Shown: positions 1 through 9,119 of the stretch, piece by piece
Layout: each line of letters opens with the position of its first letter
Numbering within the stretch: the stretch's first letter is position 1
Source: Gammaproteobacteria bacterium
GTDB taxonomy: Bacteria; Pseudomonadota; Gammaproteobacteria; Eutrophobiales; Eutrophobiaceae
NCBI GenBank assembly: GCA_965116495.1
Contig: OZ220696.1
Span: 3,040,001-3,104,000 of the forward strand
Direction: 5' to 3'
DNA: 64,000 nucleotides
Notes under the pieces: model-generated
Databases searched by the model: none
Told to the model about the DNA's origin: nothing
What the model saw: only the letters and a program-made list of their open reading frames with translations
Program-made: the position numbers and the translations under genes

Positions 1-1
1 T

Positions 2-1024
2 ATCGAAGCAGTAAATTGCTTTAGGTTGGCTGCAGAACAGGGAGTTGCGGAGGCATCATGTGACCTTGGCTGTCTTTATCTCACAGGCGAAGGAGTATCG
101 CAAGACTATGTGGAAGCGATGAAATGGTTACGCTTGTCGGCTAAACGAGGTTTTGCTCAAGCGAGGCATAACCTGGGTGTCATGTATGAGAAAGGAGATG
201 GCGTGCCTCGGGATTACAGGACAGCCGCGAAGTGGTTTCGAATGTCAGCACAGCAGGGCTTGGCCGCGTCACAACACAACCTCGGCGTCTTGTATGAAAA
301 AGGAGGGAATGGCATATCCCAGAATTACAAGACAGCTATAAAGTGGTTTCGAATGTCAGCACGGCAGGACGTTGTTGAATCGCAACATAACCTTGGAGTC
401 ATGTATGAAGAAGGGAATGGCGTCCCACAGGATTTTGTTGAGGCCATAAAATGGTATCGTTTAGCGATAGAGCAGGGTGCTACCGGGTCGATGGTTCGCG
501 TTGGCTGTATGTATGAAAAAGGAAGTGGTGTATCGCAAGATTACAATCAAGCAGCACACTGGTTCAGTCTGGCTGCAGTGCAAGGCCAACAAGAAGCCCA
601 GTTTAAACTCGGTGTCATGCATGAACATGGCAGGGGTGTTCCACAAGACTTGGATGAGGCGGTAAAGTGGTACCGTACGGCGGCAAAACAGGGATTTGCT
701 GAAGCACAGTATCATCTCGGTGTCATATACGAACATGGCAAAGGTGTACCGAAAAATCCGGAAGAAGCGAAGAAATGGTACGCTTTGGCTGCTGAACAGG
801 ACTATGCGCAAGCATCACTCCGGCTTGGCGTCATGTCTTCCCTTGGCAAACACATCCCGCAAGATGAGATTAGATCTGAAGCGTGGCTTAACCGTGTCCC
901 TGAACAGCTATTGGATGAATTAAGCAACACGGTGTTATCTGAGGCTGCGTCAAAACGCAGCAAACTGCTTTCCGGAGGTTTGAGACGCACCATTTGGCAT
1001 GCCCTCAAGAAGTTGATTAGTTGA
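2..1024 (+). CDS. Sel1-like repeat (SLR) protein, 5' end outside window
   Basis: About 8 tandem 36-aa repeats of the form A(Q)xxLGxMYxxGxGVxQDxxxAxxWxxxAAxQG. The frame is open from base 2 (IEAVNCFRLAAEQG), so the true start lies upstream. Confidence 0.93.
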   Translation: MEAVNCFRLAAEQGVAEASCDLGCLYLTGEGVSQDYVEAMKWLRLSAKRGFAQARHNLGVMYEKGDGVPRDYRTAAKWFRMSAQQGLAASQHNLGVLYEKGGNGISQNYKTAIKWFRMSARQDVVESQHNLGVMYEEGNGVPQDFVEAIKWYRLAIEQGATGSMVRVGCMYEKGSGVSQDYNQAAHWFSLAAVQGQQEAQFKLGVMHEHGRGVPQDLDEAVKWYRTAAKQGFAEAQYHLGVIYEHGKGVPKNPEEAKKWYALAAEQDYAQASLRLGVMSSLGKHIPQDEIRSEAWLNRVPEQLLDELSNTVLSEAASKRSKLLSGGLRRTIWHALKKLIS

Positions 1025-1164
1025 ACAAGCTAATGTGAACAAATCGTCACCGGAACCGACCTGTATGTGAGAGCATAATCGAATGCATACAGTTGTGAAT
1101 TATCAATTCACCAAGACAAATGGGCAAATTGCAACGCCTGAAATTTTGCCGCAGATGACTACAA

Positions 1165-3882
1165 ATGAATGAAATAATAGGGGTTTTTGTCAAACCTAAT
1201 ATATGGCCTCATATAGTAGATATTATTGTAATAACTTGCGGCATTATCTATGTGTCCGTCTGTATTTTTTTCTTTATTTTCTCCATTGCCATCAATATCA
1301 AAGGTGGAACATTATCCATCAAATTATTTCTCTACATAAGTATCGCGAGCCCGTTTGTACCTCTTTTAGCTTTGTTGGTACTAATTCTCTTCGCAGTCAA
1401 CGATGTTGTATTTAAGTTTCTGAAATGGCTCACACGGCTGGATAGCCGGTCAGAACTTCAGCTAAACGACGAAGAACAGATTATTACATCTGTATTTAGC
1501 GGTACCGGTGAACACGGCATTGTTGCCGGAAATAAAGGTTCAGTATTGATAACACAAGACGGTGGCAGAAAATGGAATAAACAGGCTCTGGCACTTAAGG
1601 AGTGGGAGAAGGTTACCATCGCAGAGTTCAGTGAAAATGGTGAAACCGGCATTCATATTGGCGATGGAGGTTCCATGTTTCTAACAACAGACCGAGGGAA
1701 GAATTGGGTGAGTCCGAATTTGAAACTCAAGAGTGATGAGTACGAAGAGATTATTACTACGACAGCCTTCAGTGCTGATGGCGAGACCGGCATGCTTGCT
1801 GGTAATCGGGGTTCTGTGTTAATGACGGTAGATAGAGGCCAGAATTGGAGGGAACAGACTATGATTCTCGAATTTGATGAGCAGGTTGCCAGACTGGTTA
1901 TCAATGACAACAGCCAAATCATTCTGGTTGCCGGAAATAGGGGTTGTATGTTCACATCGACAGACAAGGGTAAAAACTGGAACAAACAGATTTTGGCGCT
2001 TGAGAATTGGGAGCTGGTTGTTGCAGCAATGATCTGCAAAAATGGCCAAATATGGATGCTTGTTGGCAATGCTGGCTCTGTATTCATGACGTATGATGAA
2101 GGCCAGAATTGGATAAAGCAGGCTTTAACAATGGAGTTTGATGAGCTAGTAGTTACTTCCTTTCTTAGTGAGAATGGTCAAATCGGTGTGGTGGGTGGAA
2201 ACTACGGTTCTGTGTTCACAACAACGGACGGAGGTAGACATTGGAACAAGCCAGCACTGGCGTTTAAGAGCAATGAGATAGTTATCACAGTAGTTTTCAG
2301 CCCAAACAATCAAACCGGCCTTCTGGCCGGCAATAAGGGTTCTTTATTCATCACAATGGATGGATGCAATAATTGGAACAAACCGTGCTTGGCACAAGAG
2401 ATCAAAGCAACACACTTGTCATCAGCCAGCAGTCAGGGAGATGTAGCTGGAAATTCGTCGGAACACGAATTTTCTGTGTTTACATCGCTGGATGGAAGAA
2501 AAAACTACAGCCACCCATCGTCATCATTTGGGGAATTGATGGATACGTGGCCGGTCCATAGAGCGGTATTCAGTGGGGATAGTCAAACCGGTGTGGTGTC
2601 AATCGACGAAGGAGTTCTATTGATGACGACGGATGGTGGGAAAAATTGGAGCAAACCAAATCTGGCTCTGGAAAGCGAAGAATATATAGCCGCCGTCGCG
2701 TTCAGTGAGAACGGTGAAACCGGCATGATTACCGGGAATAAAGGCAGCGTGTTTATGACAATAGATAGGGGCAGGAACTGGAACAAGCAGGCACTGGCGT
2801 TGAAAAGCAGGGAACACAAGGAACAGATTTCCACCGTAGCATTGAGCAGAGATGGTCAAATCGGGATAGCCGCCGGTGGTGAACGTTCCTTATGGATGAC
2901 TACGGATGGGGGGAGAAACTGGGCAGAGTTAGACATTGAACTGCTCGATGATAGATATGAGGAGATAATCAAGGCGACATTCATTGGTGACAGCCATACT
3001 TGTATGCTTGTGGGCCATAATGGATCTGTGCTGACTTCAATGGATGGAGGCAAAAATTGGCGTAATGTGAATTTGAAACTGAAGATAGGGGGGTTTGAGG
3101 TTGAACACATCATCACGGCCGCATTTAGTACCAACGGCCAATCTGGCATGGTTGCTGGTAGTGAAGGCTCTATCTTCGTAACAATAGACCAAGGGCAAAA
3201 TTGGAACAAGCTCGATCTGAAACTTAAGTGTGAAGCATACGAAAATATTATTACAGCAGCCTTTAGTGCTGACGGTGAGAGCAGCATGCTTACTGGCAAT
3301 CGGGGTTCCGTGTTGATAACAACAGACCGAGGACAGAACTGGGCCAATCTTAATTTGAAACTCAGAAGAGATAAGTACAAAGGAGAAGAAGAAATTACTA
3401 CAGCAGCTTTTAGTACTGACGGCAAGGCCGGCATGCTTGCTGGTAATCAGGGCTCTGTGTTCATAACAACCAACGGGGGAAAGGATTGGAAAGAGCCGGA
3501 CTTGGCGCTCAAAGGCCAGAGGAGGTCAGGGTTTATTGCGAATGGTGAAGTGGGTATAGTCACAAGCAGCGCATCTGAAATGCTCATAACACTGGATGGG
3601 GGTGAGAATTGGAGTAAGCCGAATTTTATATCGCACCTTTGGGAACAAGTTACAACAGCAGCTTTTAGCAGGGATGGTCAAATTGGCATGATCTTCAGTG
3701 ATGAAGGTTCTGTTCTGGCGACACAGGATGGAGGTAAGAATTGGCACAAACCAAACTTGGCGCTCCGAGGCAGAGAACACGTCATTAATGCTTCATTCTT
3801 GGAAAGTGGCGAAATCATGATTGCGGGCAATCGAGGTTCTGTCTTTATGGCAACAGAAGGTAGGAGAAAATCGCGACATTGA
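1165..3882 (+). CDS. Membrane-anchored Asp-box/BNR (Ycf48-like) beta-propeller repeat protein
   Basis: Two hydrophobic N-terminal segments, then about 17 repeats of ~45 aa ending in T/S-x-D-G/R-G-x-N-W (Asp-box). The final repeat is cut short. Confidence 0.85.
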   Translation: MNEIIGVFVKPNIWPHIVDIIVITCGIIYVSVCIFFFIFSIAINIKGGTLSIKLFLYISIASPFVPLLALLVLILFAVNDVVFKFLKWLTRLDSRSELQLNDEEQIITSVFSGTGEHGIVAGNKGSVLITQDGGRKWNKQALALKEWEKVTIAEFSENGETGIHIGDGGSMFLTTDRGKNWVSPNLKLKSDEYEEIITTTAFSADGETGMLAGNRGSVLMTVDRGQNWREQTMILEFDEQVARLVINDNSQIILVAGNRGCMFTSTDKGKNWNKQILALENWELVVAAMICKNGQIWMLVGNAGSVFMTYDEGQNWIKQALTMEFDELVVTSFLSENGQIGVVGGNYGSVFTTTDGGRHWNKPALAFKSNEIVITVVFSPNNQTGLLAGNKGSLFITMDGCNNWNKPCLAQEIKATHLSSASSQGDVAGNSSEHEFSVFTSLDGRKNYSHPSSSFGELMDTWPVHRAVFSGDSQTGVVSIDEGVLLMTTDGGKNWSKPNLALESEEYIAAVAFSENGETGMITGNKGSVFMTIDRGRNWNKQALALKSREHKEQISTVALSRDGQIGIAAGGERSLWMTTDGGRNWAELDIELLDDRYEEIIKATFIGDSHTCMLVGHNGSVLTSMDGGKNWRNVNLKLKIGGFEVEHIITAAFSTNGQSGMVAGSEGSIFVTIDQGQNWNKLDLKLKCEAYENIITAAFSADGESSMLTGNRGSVLITTDRGQNWANLNLKLRRDKYKGEEEITTAAFSTDGKAGMLAGNQGSVFITTNGGKDWKEPDLALKGQRRSGFIANGEVGIVTSSASEMLITLDGGENWSKPNFISHLWEQVTTAAFSRDGQIGMIFSDEGSVLATQDGGKNWHKPNLALRGREHVINASFLESGEIMIAGNRGSVFMATEGRRKSRH

Positions 3883-4011
3883 AGAAGGAATACGAATTTA
3901 TATTCATATTGACGGGCACTAAGATACAGGAATACGCATAGAGAGGATGCTGTTACCAGCTTTAAATTGGCTCTTCCAGATTGACAATCCTGATAAGACT
4001 GAGAGTACTCA

Positions 4012-5049
4012 ATGAATGTACCACAACACGGAGAGCCCCATCGTAATTTGATAAACCAGCTGATTGACTGGGACCAGGTTGATAATCGTCTTGAACACTA
4101 CCCGGCAATCAAACGGGCATTTCCTTCTGAGAGGCTGAAGAAGTGTTGCGAAAGCCCGCCATATTATTGCCACTATATGTCCTGGCGTCTCGGAACTTGG
4201 GAGAATGAAAATCTGTTTCGCCGTTTGGATGATCTGTTAAGTTGTGCCGAGATACTTCCCAACTGGGAGCATGAAAAATCATTACTCAATACAGCAGAAT
4301 TTGGCGATTTCTGGTCACTGATCTGGCAGTTACAAGTTGCTGAATATCTTTGTAAGGTCGGAACAGATGTACGCTGGAACAAGTCTGGGCCAGACTTGTC
4401 TGTAAAGGTCGGCGGCGTGCGCTGGTTTGTGGAATGTTACGTGTATCGTAAATCGTTTGGATTATTACGGTTCGTTGAAGAAGTCTTGCAGAAAATCGAC
4501 CCGGCTATTTGTATCAGCTATGATTTATGCCTGACTTTTACCCTGCCACAGAACACAGACCGGAATAAATTTCTCGATAACATACTGACCCCTTTCCTCA
4601 ATTCTGGCTACGTGGACAAAGCCAAGGCAGGCGCATAGGTGAAATATCCTGTGATTTTGTATCAAGACCCAAAAAGTTCGTTATACATTTATATTAAAGG
4701 CGATGACAGTAATGCTTATATGCCCGGTATCGTTCCCGATAATGTTGGTGACTCTGAATCCTACTTCTCGCTTGCTTTGAAGGAAGCTGTAAAAGCTAAG
4801 AGAAATTCAAATAATTTGAAGGAGCATCATCCAAATATACTTGCGGTCAACTATCTGCTTAGTGAAGACTTCCAGTTAGCAGAGTCGTCAGAACGGGTGC
4901 GATCTTCTACACTCCCGCGGATTGACCCCAATATAGATATGCTAGCGGTTTCCGCAGTAGGCATTGATGAACAATTGACCAAAGATAAGCTGAAGATAAT
5001 GATCCGATCTGAAAGATCTGGGCATGCATTTTTGAACAACCGTTTGTAG
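4012..5049 (+). pseudogene. PD-(D/E)xK nuclease-like protein split by an in-frame TAG at 4636-4638
   Basis: ORFs 4012-4638 and 4639-5049 are contiguous in one frame (GCA TAG GTG AAA). The motif GPDLSV...FVECY resembles a restriction-endonuclease fold. Confidence 0.6.
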
Positions 5050-5092
5050 AAAAGCAGACATAGTGAGTTGTGTCCGTTATATTGATACCGAG

Positions 5093-5395
5093 ATGATAAC
5101 TGAATCAGATTTTAAGTTGACGGAATTCAGCGTAGAGATTCCTGATGATTTGTATGAGGAAGCGAAGCGCGCGGGTTTACTGGAACCAGAAACCTTACAG
5201 ATGTTGATACGGGAACATCTACGCCACCTGGCGGGTAAGGAACTGCTCAAAACAATAGAAAAATGCCATAAGGCTAACGCCCACTTGCCTCCAATGACCT
5301 GGGATGAGATTAACGAGGCAATAGAGGAGGTTCGACGGGAAAAACAGGGACAGTATGGAAGGGATTCAAGACAAAGCGTCCTCTCTGGTTCTTGA
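5093..5395 (+). CDS. Putative antitoxin (RHH-like N-terminus)
   Basis: FSVEIPDDLYEEAKRAGLL...MTWDEINEAIEEVRRE; overlaps the start of the PIN gene. Start codon uncertain (5063/5093/5117). Confidence 0.7.
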   Translation: MITESDFKLTEFSVEIPDDLYEEAKRAGLLEPETLQMLIREHLRHLAGKELLKTIEKCHKANAHLPPMTWDEINEAIEEVRREKQGQYGRDSRQSVLSGS

Positions 5396-5813
5396 TACAA
5401 ATATCGTATTGTCGGGCCTGCTGTGGGAAGGGTTGCCTTATGAACTGCTGCGTTTGGCGAGTGAGGGAAAGGTAGAACTTTTCACCAGCACGCTGATGCT
5501 CTATGAGTTAAAGGATGTTCTGGATCGCGGTAAATGGACTTACCGACTTGATGCATTGGGTGAAACACCGGATGGCCTGATAAGTAAATATCTCTTGTCA
5601 GTCAATTTAGTGGAACCCGGCATCATCATTTTTTCTCCTTTGCTGGATCTCTCAGACAATAAGTTGCTATCGACTGCGGCGGCAGCACGCGCCGACGCTA
5701 TTGTTACCAGAGACAAGAATGTGCTAAGCCTATCATCCTACGGTAGGATACTAATTCTTGATGAGACACAGGCATTGGAATTCATAGCAAGCAAACACGA
5801 GACTGTCCCATGA
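5355..5813 (+). CDS. PIN-domain (VapC-like) toxin
   Basis: VLDTNIVLSGLLW, DLSDNKLL, and IVTRD acidic PIN motifs. Confidence 0.9.
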   Translation: MEGIQDKASSLVLDTNIVLSGLLWEGLPYELLRLASEGKVELFTSTLMLYELKDVLDRGKWTYRLDALGETPDGLISKYLLSVNLVEPGIIIFSPLLDLSDNKLLSTAAAARADAIVTRDKNVLSLSSYGRILILDETQALEFIASKHETVP

Positions 5814-6052
5814 CACAAGTAACCCTCCAATTCCCTCAGTATGTGCTGAAAAATGCCCAAAAAAAGGGGTGGCTGGATAATAGTGTTCTGGTCGCAATTT
5901 TACGAGGCCATTTGGAATACAGGAAAAACCATCCTGAATTGAAAATAAACGCCACTGATTTGACCAACGCCGAATTTGAGAATCAGATTCATACTGAAGT
6001 AGTCGCGGTAACGAATTTAACAAGCAGGATGGATAACACCGATAACACTTAA
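5810..6052 (+). CDS. Second antitoxin-like paralog
   Basis: MTQVTLQFPQYVLKNAQKKGWLD...AILRGHL aligns with LTEFSVEIPDDLYEEAKRAGLLE...MLIREHL of the upstream antitoxin. ATGA overlap with the PIN stop. Confidence 0.55.
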   Translation: MTQVTLQFPQYVLKNAQKKGWLDNSVLVAILRGHLEYRKNHPELKINATDLTNAEFENQIHTEVVAVTNLTSRMDNTDNT

Positions 6053-6130
6053 TCAAGACATGGCAAAGACACATAGATGAAATTAACAGGAGCTCTTCTC
6101 ACGGTCTTGCCCAGAAGATATTGACGCATA

Positions 6131-6628
6131 ATGAATATCCAATGGCCTGGGGATAGGTGCATCCTTTGCTTGAGAGAGACATCTCTATCAAAGGAGCATA
6201 TTATTCCTGATGCGCTCGGTGGCATTCTTACGTGTTCATTTCTCTGTAAAGACTGTAATTCTAATCTCGGTTGTTCTGTCGAAGCGGAAGCGAAAACAGA
6301 TCCCTCAATCCGGATCGCTGTTTCTAATCTTCAATCGCACATCCCGGAACTGGCTGACCGATTAATGGAAAATCAGGATTTTATTTCTCATGGTCCTGGT
6401 GGTACCGAACGAGGATCAGTTCGTGCGGGGGAGTTTCGGGTTCGATCACGAACGAAGGAAGATGGCTCACTAGTACAACCAACAGACTGTGCACGCAAGT
6501 CGGTAGAGAACATTTTGAGAAAGGCAGATACGGATGATGATGTTATTAGGCAAGCACTGCGAGCATTTGATAAGGGTGGGGAGAACGAGAGAGTGGAACT
6601 GCCCCAAAATCCAAAGTCGATAATTTAA
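6131..6628 (+). pseudogene. HNH endonuclease (HNH_5-like), probably C-terminally truncated
   Basis: CILC...SKEHIIPDALGG...LCKDCNSNLG zinc-ribbon HNH motif. Confidence 0.75.
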
Positions 6629-6900
6629 AGAAAGCAGGAATTATCCAAGGCTTTTGGTCAGTTAATTCTAATCCATTGGATTACAAAGATAGTATCAAAA
6701 ACACGATCGAAAGTGGGTTTGTCAAGATGGATGCTTATTCAGAACTGAAGAACCATCTGGGCAACCTTTTTTCTAATCAGACTGAATTTTTTTCAAGTAT
6801 GATTGGCAAAAGCGACTTGGGAAAAATAATCGAAACTGCAAGCCAAGGTTCTAGCTATGATCAGAAAGCTGAGATTTTCCTATCCTTAATTCGACAATAG
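6598..6900 (+). pseudogene. C-terminal remnant of an unknown gene, possibly the restriction endonuclease partner of the methyltransferase
   Basis: The frame of ORF 6676-6900 stays open upstream to 6574 (TAPKSKVDNLKKAGIIQGFWSVNSNPLDYKD...) with no ATG start there, and it stops 1 nt before the MTase ATG. The REase identity is inferred from context only. Confidence 0.4.
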
Positions 6901-6901
6901 C

Positions 6902-7831
6902 ATGACAACTCAATCACAGACCCAGGAAAAGCGAAAACGAGGAACCGAAACGAGCGCATTTGGAACGCCCGGAAGAATCAGCCATGATTCCTCGAAATTT
7001 TACGGCGCCAGACTGTATGAAGGACTGAACAGCGAAGGAAAAGTAAATTATATCGAAAATGAAATTCCTCCAGAATATTTGAATAAAATTTTCTGTAAAT
7101 CAAGCGAAGCTATGGACGAACTGCCTGACTCTAGCGTTCACCTGATGATTACTTCCCCACCATATAATGTCTCAAAGGAGTACGATGAGGATTTGAGCCT
7201 TGACGAGTACCTGGACTTGCTCAACGCTGTGTGGCAGGAAACCTACCGGGTGCTGGTTCCCGGTGGGCGAGCCTGTGTCAACGTTGCCAATCTCGGGCGC
7301 AAACCGTATATCCCGTTGCACAGTTATATTATCGAAGGTATGCAGGACATAGGATATTTGATGCGCGGGGAGATCCTCTGGAACAAGGGTTCCAGCGCCA
7401 GCCCTTCCACTGCCTGGGGCAGTTGGCAGTCGGCGGCAAACCCGGTATTGCGGGACGTTCACGAATATATCCTAGTCTTTTCCAAGGATTCATTTTCAAG
7501 AAAACGGGGAGACAGGGAGAACACGATAAGCAAGGAGGAATTTCTCGAATGGACAAAAAGCGTTTGGGACTTCCCGGCGGTGTCGGCCAAAAAGATCGGT
7601 CATCCTGCCCCTTTCCCGGAGGAACTGCCGCACCGATTGATTCAGCTATATTCATTCAAGGGCGACGTGATTCTCGACCCGTTCGCCGGTAGCGGCACGG
7701 TCTGCCTGTCTGCATTGAAGGATAAAAGGAATTACGTTGCCTATGACATCGACCCGGCATATATCAAACTGGCTGAAACAAGGATTTCGGCCTATAGAGA
7801 CCAAGTTGATATTTTTGATAACAAGGAATAA
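6902..7831 (+). CDS. Site-specific DNA methyltransferase, beta class (N4-cytosine/N6-adenine)
   Basis: Motif IV ITSPPY precedes motif I DPFAGSGT; HPAPFP motif. SPPY favours m4C. Confidence 0.93.
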   Translation: MTTQSQTQEKRKRGTETSAFGTPGRISHDSSKFYGARLYEGLNSEGKVNYIENEIPPEYLNKIFCKSSEAMDELPDSSVHLMITSPPYNVSKEYDEDLSLDEYLDLLNAVWQETYRVLVPGGRACVNVANLGRKPYIPLHSYIIEGMQDIGYLMRGEILWNKGSSASPSTAWGSWQSAANPVLRDVHEYILVFSKDSFSRKRGDRENTISKEEFLEWTKSVWDFPAVSAKKIGHPAPFPEELPHRLIQLYSFKGDVILDPFAGSGTVCLSALKDKRNYVAYDIDPAYIKLAETRISAYRDQVDIFDNKE

Positions 7832-7856
7832 AAACTTGCCTGTGGGCATATATGGA

Positions 7857-7994
7857 GATTACGAAGAAATGGAGGGCCTGAAAATACAGGCGCTGAAAGA
7901 GCGCGCGCAACGCGCGCAAGCAGAGATTGAAGCCGGAGCAACAACAGGGGGCGACGCTTTTTTCGATGAATTATTAACTGAAGCAGACAGTTAG
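7857..7994 (+). pseudogene. C-terminal remnant of a Phd/YefM-type antitoxin
   Basis: DYEEMEGLKIQALKERAQRAQAEIEAGATTGGDAFFDELL resembles Phd-family C-termini. No N-terminal DNA-binding part and no toxin follow. Confidence 0.5.
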
Positions 7995-8011
7995 TACTGC
8001 AAAACACCGTC

Positions 8012-9058
8012 TCACTCATGCTGCGCCAATGCCCATTCCACATGTTCGCGCACCAGGGCGGAGGGGTGGTCCTTGCGCCGGTTAAGGGCATTGACGACCG
8101 GGTCCGAGGTGGGGGCGTTACCCAAAGCAACGGCAATGTTCCTTAACCAGCATTCGTAGCCGATGCGCCTTATGGCGCTGCCTTCCGTCTTTTCATTGAA
8201 TTCGCTTTCACTCCAGAGGAAGCATTCAACCAGGCCCACTTCATCGAGCCCGTGGCGCGGCTGGTAATCCGGTTCTGAGGTATACTGCGCGAACCTGTTC
8301 CAGGGACATACCATCTGGCAGTCGTCACAGCCGTAGATGCGGTTGCCCATGGCGGCGCGGAACTGCTCCGGGATAACGCCGCGGTATTCAATAGTCAGGT
8401 AGGATATGCAGCGCCGGGCATCGACCCGGTACGGGCCGACGATGGCCCGGGTCGGGCAGATGTCGATACAGGCCGTGCAGGCGCCGCAATGTTCCCCGGC
8501 AAACTTCTGATCCATCGGCAGGGGCAGATCGGTATAGATTTCCCCGATGAAAAACCAGGAGCCGGCTTCCGGGTGCAGCAGGTTGCTGTGTTTCCCGATC
8601 CAGCCCAGTCCTGCGTTGCGCGCCAGCGCTTTTTCCAGCACCGGGGCCGAGTCGGTGAAGACGCGGTAGCCGAACGGACCAACGGCCGCTTCTATCCGCT
8701 GAGCGAGCTTTTTCAACCGGGTCCGCATGACCTTGTGGTAATCCCTACCCAGCGCGTAGCGGGAAATGAAAGCCCGCTCCTTGTCACGCAGCGCTGCCTC
8801 GGCGGACCTGACTTTGGGAGGCAGGTAGTCCATGCGCGCGGATATCACCCGGATGGTGCCGGGTCGTAACAGTTCCGGCCGGGAGCGTTTATTGCCGTGG
8901 CGTTCCATGTAAGCCATCTCCCCGTGCATCCCCTTGTTCAGCCAGTCAAGCAGGTGGCGCTCGTCTTCCGTGAGGTCTATGCCGGTGATACCGACCTGCT
9001 GGAAGCCGATTTCCTTACCCCAGGCCTTTATCCTGTCAGCGAGCGTGTCAGGTTCCAT
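8012..9058 (-). CDS. queG: tRNA epoxyqueuosine(34) reductase
   Basis: SRYALGRDYH, DSAPVLEK, CGACTACIDICPT, RRCISYLTIE, YGCDDCQMVCPWN. Confidence 0.97.
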   Translation of the reverse strand: MEPDTLADRIKAWGKEIGFQQVGITGIDLTEDERHLLDWLNKGMHGEMAYMERHGNKRSRPELLRPGTIRVISARMDYLPPKVRSAEAALRDKERAFISRYALGRDYHKVMRTRLKKLAQRIEAAVGPFGYRVFTDSAPVLEKALARNAGLGWIGKHSNLLHPEAGSWFFIGEIYTDLPLPMDQKFAGEHCGACTACIDICPTRAIVGPYRVDARRCISYLTIEYRGVIPEQFRAAMGNRIYGCDDCQMVCPWNRFAQYTSEPDYQPRHGLDEVGLVECFLWSESEFNEKTEGSAIRRIGYECWLRNIAVALGNAPTSDPVVNALNRRKDHPSALVREHVEWALAQHE

Positions 9059-9119
9059 AACGGTTCCGGCTGAAAGAGCTTTAACCCCTCATATAGTAGG
9101 AGTAGAATAATCGCGAAAC

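Noticed and set aside
4636-4638. Genome-wide TAG recoding or pyrrolysine
   Set aside because: TAG terminates conserved genes at their expected ends, and no pyl genes or suppressor tRNA are present in the window.
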